Shown in pieces: positions 35,779 through 48,439 of a DNA stretch of 64,000 nucleotides; position 1 is the stretch's first letter, and the number at the start of each line of letters is the position of its first letter. Made by a program: the position numbers and the translations under genes. This DNA is from Monocercomonoides exilis PA203. Lineage: Eukaryota; Protista; Preaxostyla. Location of the stretch: positions 310,001 through 374,000 of the forward strand of contig LSRY02000006.1 of the NCBI GenBank assembly GCA_001643675.2, written 5' to 3'. Below the pieces are notes generated by a model. That model searched no databases. It worked only from the letters and a program-made list of their open reading frames with translations, and was not told where the DNA came from.

Positions 35779-37571
35779 TCATTTTCCTCTTTGCGGTCGA
35801 GGGCGACTTGTAACAGGAAATGACGGATCAGAATCACACAAAAACGTAAAAGGCGATGTTATCATTGGTAAAGAAGAGCGAAATGGGGTGATGGGATGTG
35901 GACGTCTACGTTGCACAGAAGGAGGTGAAAGATTGTCTCGTTGTTCATCTTTAATTTCTGGGTGAGAAGAACTGACTGAAGTGAAAGTGTTATCAGATGA
36001 TGTGGAAGAAGAAGATGAAGAAGCAGATAATGAAGGCAGCTTCACAGCAAAACGGTCACTTTCATTGGGATGAGAAGAGGCAGGTGGCGTTGGCGGAGAA
36101 GAAGGTGATGGAGTGCAGTTAACACTCGATTCAAGTGCAACATACTGCAGCTGAGACGGAGAAGATGGCATTGGAAAAGGATCTTCAGATTGAGACGAGT
36201 CAGAAATTGGGTTGTCCATTTTATCGTTTTCTTTGATGTTGTTCTTCTTATTGTCTTCATTGAAATCACACTTCAACTTTTTGTCTATTGAAATTTCTGC
36301 TTCATTCTCGCTTTGCGGATTGCTTTGTGTTGAGACATCTGTTTTCAATTCTGTTTGTTTGTTTGGAGTCGCTTTGAACTTTTGGCTGTTCAAAAGAGGA
36401 AGTCGTGTTTTTTTCCGTTTCACTTCTTTCTGCCTCTCAGTTTCTGAATCAACTGCATCTTCTTTTCTGTTTCTTTCTTCCGAATAATCATATGAAGCCA
36501 GCATCCTTTCATTGCTTCTGCTTCTGTAGCCTTGTTTTTCTGCCTGCTTCCTTCTCCTCATCTTCTCCCTCGTGCTCAGCATCATCCGCTCTGTCTGCGC
36601 ACATCTCCCTCTCAACAGCCTCTGCCTCTCCAGTTCGATTGAATATCTCTGCCTTTCAATCGACAAGTCGAAGCTTCTTCTCATCAACTGCAGGCTGTTC
36701 GAAGAATTATCTAGTCCTTTTAGACTCAGCGGAACTCTGCCTGCTGTCAGTGCACGATTCGAAAAGTGTGTTGGAGAAAAAGTTTTTGCAAGTCTTTTTT
36801 CGCGAAGCTGAGCAAATTCAACTGCAAAAAGAGGATCTTCGCTGTTTGGAGGATTGCGATATCTTATTGTTGCATCTTTTTTGCTATCTCTCGCTGTAAG
36901 AGATTGACAGTCTTCCAAAAATACAGCTAAAGTTCAATTCGACAAGTCAAATTCGTAAATTAATTGAAAATGGTGAAATAAGAGCACACGAGATTTATAT
37001 GAGTGTCTCACAAAGCAATCGTACTCTTTGAGACGTTCTTCTCTAATTGCATCTGAAATCGGAGATTCCAATTGTGAAATTATTTCTTGCCTCATAGGCT
37101 TGTAAATTTGCTTTGACCAATCATTGTAAAGTTCAACTTGCTTAAGTGTTCTACTAACAACACGTTTTGATACATCCTCTGAAATATCTTTAACAAATGT
37201 CAAGTTTTCATTTTTCAACTGATAAATGTTTTGTAAAAATTTATTCGTTTTGTTCTGTTTTTGAGCTTCGTGATGTTGCTAAAACAAAAAATCAAAAATT
37301 TTGCAGGATAAAAAGGAGGAAAAAACCTTAATTGCTTCCATGTATTGTGCATGCTTTCTTTTATATTCTTCATATCTGGCTTCTTGCATATCTTTCATAG
37401 CTTGTTCATAAGGGGACAAATGAGAAGAAGTTGAGTTTTTCTTCTTTTCTACTAACTACATACAAAAAACAATCAAAAAAAAACTACATCTTATAAAAAT
37501 ACTTCTGTTAGCTGTTGAGCATCATTTATATTCTGAACGATTTGTTCTCTGGACGAAAAAGCCTCTGACAT
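35779..37571 (-). CDS. FAM228-like protein, multi-exon
   Basis: ENLTFVKDISEDV...KQVELYNDWSKQIYKPMRQEIISQL...EYDCFVRH and NPPNSEDPL resemble the recalled FAM228 core (ELxYxxWxxxVxxPxxxxI...DPL). ATG at 37571, then GT-AG introns. Confidence 0.55.
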
Positions 37572-37639
37572 ATTAGAGGTTTTTTCAATAAAAACTTAAT
37601 TTGGTATTATGATCAATCAATAATTGATTGTATTCACTT
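37572..37639. promoter_or_regulatory. 68-bp bidirectional promoter region with a CAATCAA-TAA-TTGATTG dyad
   Basis: Divergent ATGs at 37571 (-) and 37640 (+). The dyad spans 37614-37630. Confidence 0.5.
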
Positions 37640-38913
37640 ATGGAAGAATCAAAAACCGCAAATGGTAGACAACTCATGCAAGAGCCATTAAAAAGATTGG
37701 ATACAAAAACTGGAGCAGAGGGTGAATTGTGCAAAAGGCAAAAAGCAGCAATTCGTCGAAATGGATTGTTTGTTGTTGAAAAAGAAAACTATCAGTTATA
37801 CTACGAACGTGTGCCTCTTAAAAAATACTTATTTTCGAAGCTTTTTTTTTTGAAATATTTTGTTCACTGAATTTATGTATATTGTAAGTTTATGGAAATG
37901 GAGAAAAAAAAGTTATTTTTGTTAGCGGCTTGAGTGGAACGATGGATGATTGGAGAAGGAGTGTTCTCAAGCTTTTAGAATATAACGAATTTGAAATATG
38001 TATTTTTAACAATCGGGGCATTCGAGAGAGTAAGTGCAAGAATTGGAGAATGACGTTTGACTTTTTTTGAAAACAAATTCATGTGGCTGTATCATTTTTG
38101 ATTTTGATTTATACAGTACAACAATGATGGCGCATGATGTTGCACGCCTTGCTGAACATCTTCATTGGAAAAAGATTAATGTCTGTGGATTTTCAATGGG
38201 AGGATTTATTGTTTCTGAACTTGTTTGCCTTCACCCGGATATAATTGAATCTGCTATTATCGCCGGAGGAACTGCTGGATTTATGATACCATCAGCGTTT
38301 GTTGTGGGATCGTTTGCAAAGATGATTGTGACTTTTGACAAAAAAGCAATGTTGAAAACCATGATGCGAACTCAACTTTCAGAAAAATTCCTTACAACTC
38401 CTCAGAAAGCGCTCGGGGGTTTAAGCGGATATCAATACATTGATCAACCTACCTCAGAAATCTTTCTATCAGAAGACGAGCCTTCATTCAAATGCCAAGC
38501 GGCTCAGGTGTCTGCATGTTTGACTCATCATGTGACTGTTGAGAGGATGGAAAAAGTGAAGCAAATGAAACTGCCAATTCTTGTTATGCACGGAACAGCA
38601 GACAAGATGGTATCGTATAGTTATGCGCCTCCACTTGCAGAGCATCTTGGAGCAATTCTGTTTCCATTCCCAGGATGCGGGCACGGAATTAACATGTTTG
38701 AAAGAAATAAATAATTGAATAATGAATAATGAGTCTCTATTTATATTTTCTCTTTTTTTTTGTTTATTATTCAAATATAACAGAGAAAAGCCGGAGCTGT
38801 TTCACGAATGCTTAATCAATTTCATGCTGGGAAGGCCGCTTCCCCCTGCTCCAAAAGATGAAGAAGCAGAAACATCTTCATCCTCTTCTTCTGATTCATT
38901 CATAACTGTATAA
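37640..38913 (+). CDS. Alpha/beta-fold hydrolase (4 exons)
   Basis: VIFVSGL, FNNRGIRES, nucleophile elbow GFSMGG, HGTADKMV (acid), GHG (His). Introns join in frame. Confidence 0.9.
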
Positions 38914-39530
38914 CATGTTCGTTGAATTTATCTCAAATGTTAATTGAATTACAATGAATCACAAAATTTTCTTGTTTTCATTTATTTTTTTCTGTATTTA
39001 TTGTAAGTTTTTTGCGTTTCAAATAAAAAACACTTTTAGTAGTATTGACTATGACAATCAAGGTGAAAAAAATGAAAAAGATTTTTATGAAATGATTATT
39101 ATTCCATCTAAATACTACTGAAGAAAAAGAAACAGTAAAAATGTGAAAAGAACTTGAAAAACAGAAAGCCGAGAACAAATCTTGAAAAGAGAAAATGAAT
39201 AGGAGAGACGATAAAGAATCTTTGTAACAATGAAACAACAGAGAAACGCAGAAGAGGACGGGAGCATAAGCATCAACCATCAAAACTCTTCTGAAAGAAA
39301 CACTTTGAGATAAAGAATCAAAATCATCTCTTCTTTTCCCTTTGCTTGTTTTTGTCCTTTGTCCGATCGTTCTGCTTTGTGTGTTATCTTTTTCGCAAAT
39401 TACTGTTTCGAGTGAACCAAAATCTCAATTCTCGATCATGTGTTATGACGATTACTCGAACATCTTTAAGAGTCGATCATTCTTCATAAGCACATGTCTT
39501 CTCCACCATCGCCCTTGTAATTTCATGAAA

Positions 39531-40843
39531 TTATGCTTCCCATTTTGTCTTCACAACTGAGAAGTCAAGTTTCTTTGGTACTTCCCATGTGAATGATGGA
39601 TCAGTTCTTCCGAAATGTCCATATGCTGCAGTCTTGTAGAAACGTGGTTTTTTCAAATCAAGTTGGCTGGCGATCATTCCTGGACGCATGTCGAAATTAT
39701 GTCTCACAAGCGCCTGAAGCTCTTCGTTTGGAATCTTTGATGTTCCGAAATCATCAACATAAAGAGAGATAGGCTGAGCCAATCCAATAACATATGACAA
39801 TTCAATGAGACAACGATCAACAATCTTGCTTGCAACAAGAGATTTTGCAATCCAACGAGCGAGATATGAACCAGATCTATCGACTTTAGTCCAATCTTTT
39901 CCGGAGAATGCCCCTCCACCATGTCCTCCCCATCCACCATATGTATCAACAATGATCTTTCTTCCAGTAAGTCCAGCATCAGATTTTGGTCCACCATAAG
40001 TGAATCTTCCTGAAGGATTCACATAAATCTTTGTCTTTTCTGTGAGATATTGTGGTGGAATCACTGCTTTGATGACTTTGTCAATAACTTCTTGACGAAT
40101 CACTTCATTAGACACATCTGGAGTATGTTGAGTTGAAATGACAATGGTATCAGCAAATTGTGGAACAGGAACGCGCTTTTCCATTTTATATGCAAATGTG
40201 ACCTGCGATTTTGCATCAGGTTGCAACCATGGAAGAACTTTTGACTTACGAACTTCAGAAAGTTTCTCAACCAATCTGTGAGAAAAGAGAAGGGTAAGGG
40301 GCACCAATTCTTCGGATTCGTTGCAAGCAAATCCGAACATCAAGCCTTGGTCACCTGCACCAGTATCAGCTTCAGCAACTTTTGAGACAGCTCCATCGAT
40401 CTCTGATGATTGTTGAGAAATACGAACTTCAACTTCAAGAGTCTTGTAATCTGCACCATATTCAGCATCATCATAGCCAACATCCTTATACACTTGTTTA
40501 ACAACAGCAGGAAAGTCAACTTTTGCATCAGATGATATTTCTCCAAAAACTGCGCACCAGTTTCCTTTGCATGCAGTTTCTAAACCAATGGTAGCAAAAA
40601 AGAATTAAATAATAAAACAAAAACTTTTAACAATATATATGTTTGCATGCCACATGCGACACGAGAATGCTCATCTTGGCGCAGGCATTCATCAACAATT
40701 GCATCAGAAACAAGATCGCACAGCTTGTCTAGCAATTAGGAATGCGATATAAATCAGATAAAATGATAGTACTATATACCTGGATGTCCTTCAGACACAG
40801 ATTCGCTTGTGAAATAAAAGAGATCAGAAGCAGGTGCTGCCAT
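39531..40843 (-). CDS. metK: S-adenosylmethionine synthetase (MAT). Exons 40843-40780, 40728-40651, 40579-39531
   Basis: [11 protein letters not shown]|[16 protein letters not shown]|[57 protein letters not shown]. Confidence 0.97.
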
Positions 40844-41089
40844 TAAAATATGAAGAATTGATCAAAAACCATTGTTTTTAGATTCTTGAGAATTTTTAAA
40901 AAATGGATTTGATCATTTTGTTGGAAACATCAAAAAATAATTTTCACTTTTGTTTTAAAGAATACAACAAATAAAATAAAATAACGTAAAAATGTAACTT
41001 AGCTGCACACAATCCAGATTATGAAGAAAGAAATGAAATAAAGAATCAGAGAATTTCAATTGAAATTGCCTTTTCAAAAAGCTGAATGA

Positions 41090-42448
41090 CTAGTTGCATG
41101 GACTAAGATCAAGCAGATTCACTCCTGCTTGTTGAGCAAGACAGCCATTTTGATATGTTTTCCCATCGCATCCACACTGCATTCATTGAAAAAGAAAATT
41201 GTGATAAATAGAAAGAAATGATATGTTTATTTTAATCAAAATATACTTCAACTGCAATATATCAATAAAATGCATACCACTGGCTTGATAAATGCTGACT
41301 GACATCTTTCTGGCCTCTTTTTGCATGTTCCACGTACTGTAGAATCATTTGATTGAGAAGGGCAAACACCAATATCGATAATTTCGCAGAAGGAGTCCGA
41401 ATCACAATCTAAAAAACAAAAGAAAAGAAATAATAAATAAATATATTTATTTCAACAAAAAATAGCAGCGCCAAAAAAGAAATGAAAGACAAAAAAGAAA
41501 TAAGATAAATTCTCAATTTTTATAATTAATGCAAACCATTATTCGAAGAACAGCCAATAGAAGTTGCTTTTTTCACAATTACAGGCTCAAATTCGAATCG
41601 ATTCTTTTTTTCTCCGCCTTGCCCCCTCTCTTTCGAATATCCTCTTTCGCTTTCTCGTCTTTTGCTTGGATCCAACGGAGCACCGTATTGATGATGCTTA
41701 ATGTAATCATCCACTTTTTTGCTATTCCCACTTCCACTTTTTTGTCCAGCGCTTTTCTCCCGAATGCTGTCTTCTTCATCTTCCGAATATTCATATGAAA
41801 ACCAAAAACAAGTCAGATCGCTTCCGTTACAAATCCATCGTCCAAGTCCCTCTCTGCTTCCGTGAAGTCTCTTTTATCAATCAATTATCGTCAAAACAAT
41901 CAATATGAAGTTATTGCACAAAAATAAGGGGAAAAAAGAATGCAAACTGGGCATTCTTCTGGTGCAGTCGAATTTGATGTGCATTCTCCTGTCGGACCGT
42001 CCCACAACTTCTCCCAGTCATTTGGATCTTCATTTATTCGAGGTTGATGATGAGGATCTTGCTTTGGATAAGAAATTGGGCGTGGATAATGATCAGTTTC
42101 ATACACATCGCGATAGTCTGCTGGGGACATCTCTTCACGATAAGGAGATGCTCGGGAGCGTTTGTCTCTGCTTTTTTGGTACTATTAAATGAAAGAAATA
42201 TAAGAATTGATAAGAGAAAAAAGTGAACAGACAGGTGAATAAGAACTTCCTCCTGATTTGGGGAGGGATTTTATATATTGGTTTTGAAGTTTGGTCGATG
42301 CGTTTGAGGTGTATTTACTTGCTAAGGACGGGTAAGCACATAAAATAGAATCAAGCTATGTGAAACATAGAATACGTATAACGGAAAAGAATATCCATAC
42401 AATAAAAAGAAAAGCTAAAATGAATATTGGTTGGGTAAGTGACTTCAT
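41090..42448 (-). CDS. Secreted protein with a C-terminal Kazal-type protease-inhibitor domain, multi-exon
   Basis: Hydrophobic N-terminus MKSLTQPIFILAFLFI. Spliced C-terminus GCSSNNDCDSDSFCEIIDIGVC...GTCKKRPERCQSAFIKPV|CGCDGKTYQNGCLAQQAGVNLLDLSPCN*. 5' exon structure is less certain. Confidence 0.75.
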
Positions 42449-42930
42449 CCTTTAAGAGAAAATAAAACACCAAAGCCAAAATTGATCATAATTACTGTAG
42501 AATTTTCATTGAAGCCGCAAAAGAATAACTCAACTCATGTCCAATAAGAACAGATTTCTTTCACAATTGTCATGAAGTCATTCAAAATATTTATTTATAA
42601 TTTAAGAATTTAGAAGAATAAAGCCAATCCAAAAAATGAATAGCAACCATACTATTTTGTTCTTATAAAATACAACAACAAAAAAAGAATCAAAAATCTG
42701 ATATTTTCTATTATTAATAGTATTTGTCAATATTAAAAGAAAGGATCACACGCAAAAACCAAAAGATTTCCGAAAACAATTTTTGTTAATAGAATAACAT
42801 AAAGGAGACAAATAAAAACTATATCAAAAATATACTACAAAAGCTAATCATGTGCAATAACAAAATCACAAAAATGATTAAGCATATTCAACAAAGGATT
42901 GATTCCTGTTTTGCGAATAACGACAAATTA

Positions 42931-45611
42931 TCAAGAGCAGCAAATGAATGGCCAGTCAGAATTCATGAAAACACCCTTTTCTAACTCACAAAAAGTCTTC
43001 CAAAAAATCTTTGCTCTTTGTTTTCTGTCTCTAATAAGTGTTACAGAGTCAGTGCTTGTGCAATGGATGGGTGTAATCAAAGGGGGTGAATCTTTTACCA
43101 AATCATAGATTTCATACATATCCTGAATAAACCCTACAACATTCTTATTTCTTTTGATCATTTTGTATATTTTCTTTCTTGGAATCGTCGGGTCGTTGTA
43201 TCGCGAAAGCCATTCATTTTCGTCTAAAACGACTCTAATTGTGCTGACTGAAGGAATTTCGCCTTCATTTTTTGGTGACAAAATCACATGTTCCGGTTCA
43301 TCTTCGCATAAATCATTGGAAAGGCACAAATGAACAGCAGAAGAAGAGCTGTTCGTGAGAAGTTGATGGCGCTCGTTCAAAATAGTTGAAATGGATGAAG
43401 AAAAAGTAGAAATGCCCCTGAGATCAGCAGAGAGTGGAAGTGAAGTGTGTTTTGAAGAGAAAGAAGTTATTGAAGGTGTTTGAACAGCTGAAGTTATGTT
43501 TGAGCAATCTGATTGTGAAAATGAAGAAGAGAAATCAGGCTTATTCAAAGACGATAATTCAGATCCAAAATTCAATGAATTCCTCTGAATTGCAAAAGAG
43601 GGTTCTTTAAATGGATGCAAACCGAATGGTGTCAAATGAAGTTGGCTTGGATTTTCCTCTGAATTGGAAGAAGAATTTAGAAATAGATCAGAATTGGATT
43701 GCATGTTGCATTGAGAATTCAAAAAGTCCCTTCGTTTTGTGTTATGCAGTGTTATCTTTTCCACATTTGCCAATGATGAAAACTCGTCCTGCTTAAAAGA
43801 GCTTTCCAAGCCATCTGTCGATTTTACTGAGCAGAAATCAATCCAATTCTGATGAAAGGACGGCTCAGCTAAACAAATATGCTCATTTGCTGTGCCTTTC
43901 GACTCTTCATCCAATTTCAAGAATGGAAGTGATTCCGTCTTCTGGTAACTTTCGCAAATTTCGCCAGCTTCATTTTCTTTCTTTGTTGTTATTTCATTGT
44001 CGTCAAGATTCATAACCTCGTTGCGAGTCAATTTCATATTTCTGTCAAATTCTGTTTTTTTCTGCCGAATGCATTCAACGCACTTATCTTTTGCTATCAA
44101 TTCTTTAGCTTTCTCACGACTTTCATTTATTTCATCGAAAAATCTTGGACTTTCTTGTTCACAAGTCCTTTTCCCCATTTCAAATAAATCGATGCCACGA
44201 GAATCATCAAGCATATTCAACGAAGAAATTCTGCTGTTTGCAGTTGGCTGACAGTCTTCGATATCTTCTTTCAATTCTTTGCAGCTCAATTTCCTTTCTG
44301 CCTCGTCCCACATTTTGCCTTCCTCTTCGTCTGAAATCCATCCTTTTCTGCACCAAATTCCATATCTCTTTTGATACTGCTTGGCTTCTTTGATCTGCCT
44401 TGCTATAACAGCCATCCTTCTGCTTTTGAAAGCACTTTCCTCTGCCTTTTCCTCATCGATCGAGCAACCTCTTTCTCCACTTTCAGGTTCTTTCAACACT
44501 TCATTGCTGTTTAGCAGAGCCACATCGTCCTTTTCCCACTTGCGAAGCATCTTCTCTTTCTCCTTCGCCGCAAAGGCAGACTCCACGTGCCCATCAACAA
44601 CCAGCTCGACGTCGTTAAAAAACCGCATCTCTTTTGTTGCGAAAGGCGTCCACTTCGAAAACATGAAGCTCACATCCTCGTCAGGAGTGTTCATCCGAGC
44701 AGGCATTTGTCCTCCAGGCGAGGAATCAGCAGAAGGCGAGTAATCTTGTCCAATGCCTCGCTCGTTTTCTTCTTTTGTAGCAAATGTGCCTCCTTCTGCG
44801 CTATATAAATGGTTCGTCTCGCTACTGCAATTACTTGCGTTTATCTCGTTTCTTTCGGAATCCAAATGTTTGAAGCTCTTATTCTTTTCGAGAATGAATC
44901 CCATATCTGCAAAAAAGTCTGCTCTGGTATATGGTGGTGCAAGGTCTTTGATGTGCTTCTTCTGACTGTGTTTAGGTTTTTCAAAATGTCCTTCATTAAT
45001 TTTCCTCGTTTGAGTGATATCTTTTCCGATGAACTCTTTCGTTTCTTCAATTGGTAGGTAAAAAATTCCTCGAAACATGTCATTCTCGTGCAAAATTGCA
45101 TCTTCGCTTATTATTGGCTTTTGATCATGGAGATTTGTGGTGCTTCGTGTTCCAGCTGAAAGAAATACAGAACTAGTAATGAAAGAATTAGATTCAAAAA
45201 CATTTTTAACTGTAGAGATTTCTGTGCTTGAGCATTTAAACTGTGAAGATTGCTTATAATTGTATAACTGATGGAAAAATAGTTGCAATTTTTTTGATGG
45301 AAATTTATCGCTATTATAACTTTCTGTGATTAATTGTTTTGAAGAAATACAATTTGAATTGTCTGTAATTCCAGAATTGTATTTTGCGTTATTGCAACTA
45401 AATCTCGATGTTTTTTCAAAATGCGCTCGATTGGATATGGATTTGTATTTCGGAGAAAATTCGAATGGAAACGATGAAAGTGTTGGTGAAGAATCTTGAG
45501 CGCTTTGAAGAGAAAAGCTTTTGGATCTTGATAATGATGAGCGAGATGAAATTGACTGTGAACGCTTTTGAGAATACTTGCAAATTTTTAAAGATTTTCC
45601 TGGTCCGTTAA
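42931..45611 (-). CDS. Hypothetical protein (~890 aa in one large exon; upstream exon(s) uncertain)
   Basis: The ORF 42931-45288 frame stays open upstream to an AG acceptor near 45612. No family recognised. Confidence 0.7.
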
Positions 45612-46743
45612 CTTAAACAGCAAACAAAAGATAAGCGTATAACATTTAATTAGGAATAGCAAAAAAAAATATAAAATTTTTGCAAATAAAATAAAAATTG
45701 TACAAAGAGTTTCTGCATCATGCTTTTCAAGAGCTTGTAATGAATTGCTACCACTTATTTTCTGTTTTGTAATTTTCAATCATATTTTCCACGTTATTTA
45801 TTATTTTCAAAAAGTGGAGGAAACGTGTTGGAGAAAATACTTCGAATAAATGTGCTGATATATTCAAACAAACTTTTTGAAACTGAGCGAGCATTGACAT
45901 TGGATGACCGCATAAATTACACCTTTGAAAGATTGTTAATTATTGTAAATAAATTATTATGGAAAAATCCGAATGAAGGAAAAGATGTATTTATCTTTAA
46001 CCACCACATTGTGTATTCTCTCACAAAGGAAAAATAAATATTATTAAATTTCAAATTGTCTTGCTTGCTCATAAAGGAAAGATATCTTTTATGGTGATCC
46101 TTCTTTAAGTCCTCCTTTCATTCGAATTTTGATCAAAAAAATTTTTTCGATATTGGATCTTTAAAGAAATGATGTTTCTACAACATCTTCTTCACGGACA
46201 ATTTGTGTTCTCTCTGTTGCAACTCATAATTCAAAAAACCCATTGAGATAACATATAGGTGATTATTTTTGATTTCATATTTCGTATTAAAAATTTTTTG
46301 AATTATCAATTTATCTCAATTACTCAGAAATCAATCTGATGATCTGATAAAAATCATTAATGAACTTCTATGTATTTCGAAGACAACATGGATTTGAAGG
46401 ACAATAATGTGAAAACATGTGACACTTTTTTGAAAATTCTTTTACAAACAACTGTGATAAGAAAATTATTCATCTCACCAAAAAATGTTATGATGACAAA
46501 AATAATCACCAATTTGGGGGAAATACAAACTTTCAAGCTTTTTTTTGCACAAAGCATGAAAAAATTGCTTCACTCATAACTTTTGAACGCTTTCTCAGAT
46601 TTCAAAATAAATTTGATTTTCATTTCCTTCAGCTGGCATCATTGAAATCAAAACATAAAGAATTGTGACATTTCACGAATGTCAAAAAACAAATCCATTT
46701 TTTTTATGTTTTTTGATTTCAAAAAGTCAAGGAAAAGCGGATA

Positions 46744-47194
46744 CAGTCTAAACCGGATAAAATCACATCGGTTTTTGCACAACTTTTTGTGACTGTTTCT
46801 GATTGTGATAATATACGATGCAACTTTACACAGAAAAGAATAAAATTTAATTTTTTAATTAATAAATTTTTAGCCAAGTTTTTAATTTTTGAAAATTCTT
46901 CATTTTAACGCATTTTTCACTTACGAAAACAATTTTTATCACTAATAAACATTATTAAGACATATATAAACATAATTTTTGAAAAAACATAAAGTTGAGA
47001 TTTTTGATCAAAAAATCGATTTTTCATTGTAAAAATCACACATAATATTAAAAAAATGTGATTATATATTTTCAGCCCTGTGATTATATGTGATGGAAAA
47101 TGAATGAAAAATTGGAAAAAATGACGGTGCATCGAAAAATGTGATTATAAACGAATGTAATTATATCCGACGTGATAAGATCCGGTTTTGACTG
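46744..47194. mobile_element. MITE with ~28-bp TIRs starting CAGT (Tc1/mariner-like ends)
   Basis: Left end TA|cagtctaaaccggataaaatcacatcgg. Right end ccgacgtgataagatccggttttgactg|TT. 451 bp, no ORF. Confidence 0.7.
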
Positions 47195-48439
47195 TTATTA
47201 TTCAATGAAAATGCCTGTAGTGAATATTTTTTGCCCAATTTGTTAATACAATTCATTGTTTTTCGAATTATTTGTTTGTGAATAAACATTTGAACAGACA
47301 ATTTTTCTATTGAATAACAGAAAAAGAAAATTACATTTTTTTGTCAATGTTTTTCGAAGGGAAGAAAGTTGAAAGTTTTTATTGCATTATCTGGTTCATC
47401 GACTATAAAAATTGATAGAATATTATTCACAACACATCCATTCACTATTATTATAGTATTTTTTTCAGACGAAAGCTTCTGTCTTTTTTGTAAATGAGAA
47501 AGTCAAAAGAAGAACACTTGAAAATTGTGATAGATATTATTTTCATCGAATGAATTTCAAAAAAATTTTTATGAAGACACTTTTGATATTTTTTCTGTTT
47601 GAAATAAAAAATGCTCACATTATTTAAAATTCAGTTTTTGATCACTCATTTTCTAGAACCAAGACAATAAAGAAATGAGAATAATGCCAAGTTTTCATTT
47701 CCATTTTTGCAAGCAAAGGAAAGTTGGAAATGTTATTTGTTCAACATCAAAATTAACATAACCAAATGAATATAATAAGAGTGAAAATTGAAGAATGAAA
47801 TATTTGCATAAGATTTTTATGTTAAACCTTAAGAGAGAAAGCTCATTCAAGTCAAAATCATTATTCACTTATGGGATAATTCTTGAAATCACATTTTCTC
47901 TAACAAATAATTCGGTTTGAGTTATTGTTTTGAACATTTCAAAGATTATTACAGAAACATGATAATCTGATTTAAAGATAACTGTACAACGAATTCATTT
48001 CAACTTTGGCTATCATAACTGTTGCAACACATTTTCCGTTCGAATGAAAAATTTCAAGCCAATTCCATGGCATCTTTTTATATTTAATACGGCAAAAAAT
48101 ATGTGATTTCATAGATAATTACCCGTTTTGTAGATGTTGTTGCAAATATGAAAACTGCTTTAAAAATTCAAAATGTTTGATGGATATTAAGTTAAAAACC
48201 ATCCACATTTACGAACAACAAATGATTTACAAAATTTGAAGAAGTTTATTATTAATACGAAAAAAGATTGTGAAAAGCCGTTTTCATTGTTTTGTGAACA
48301 CTTTGTTGTTATTTGATCCTTTCATTTATTAAAAATTGGATTGCAAACATCAAAACCAAATGATCAAAAAGACCCATTGAAGAAAATATTGGCTTAACAA
48401 AAGAATAATTTGGTAATTCTTGTGCTAAAAAAGATCAAA

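Noticed and set aside
45800-46740. Possible transposase or pseudogene remnants
   Set aside because: Only short ORFs with no recognisable motifs, so it cannot be supported.
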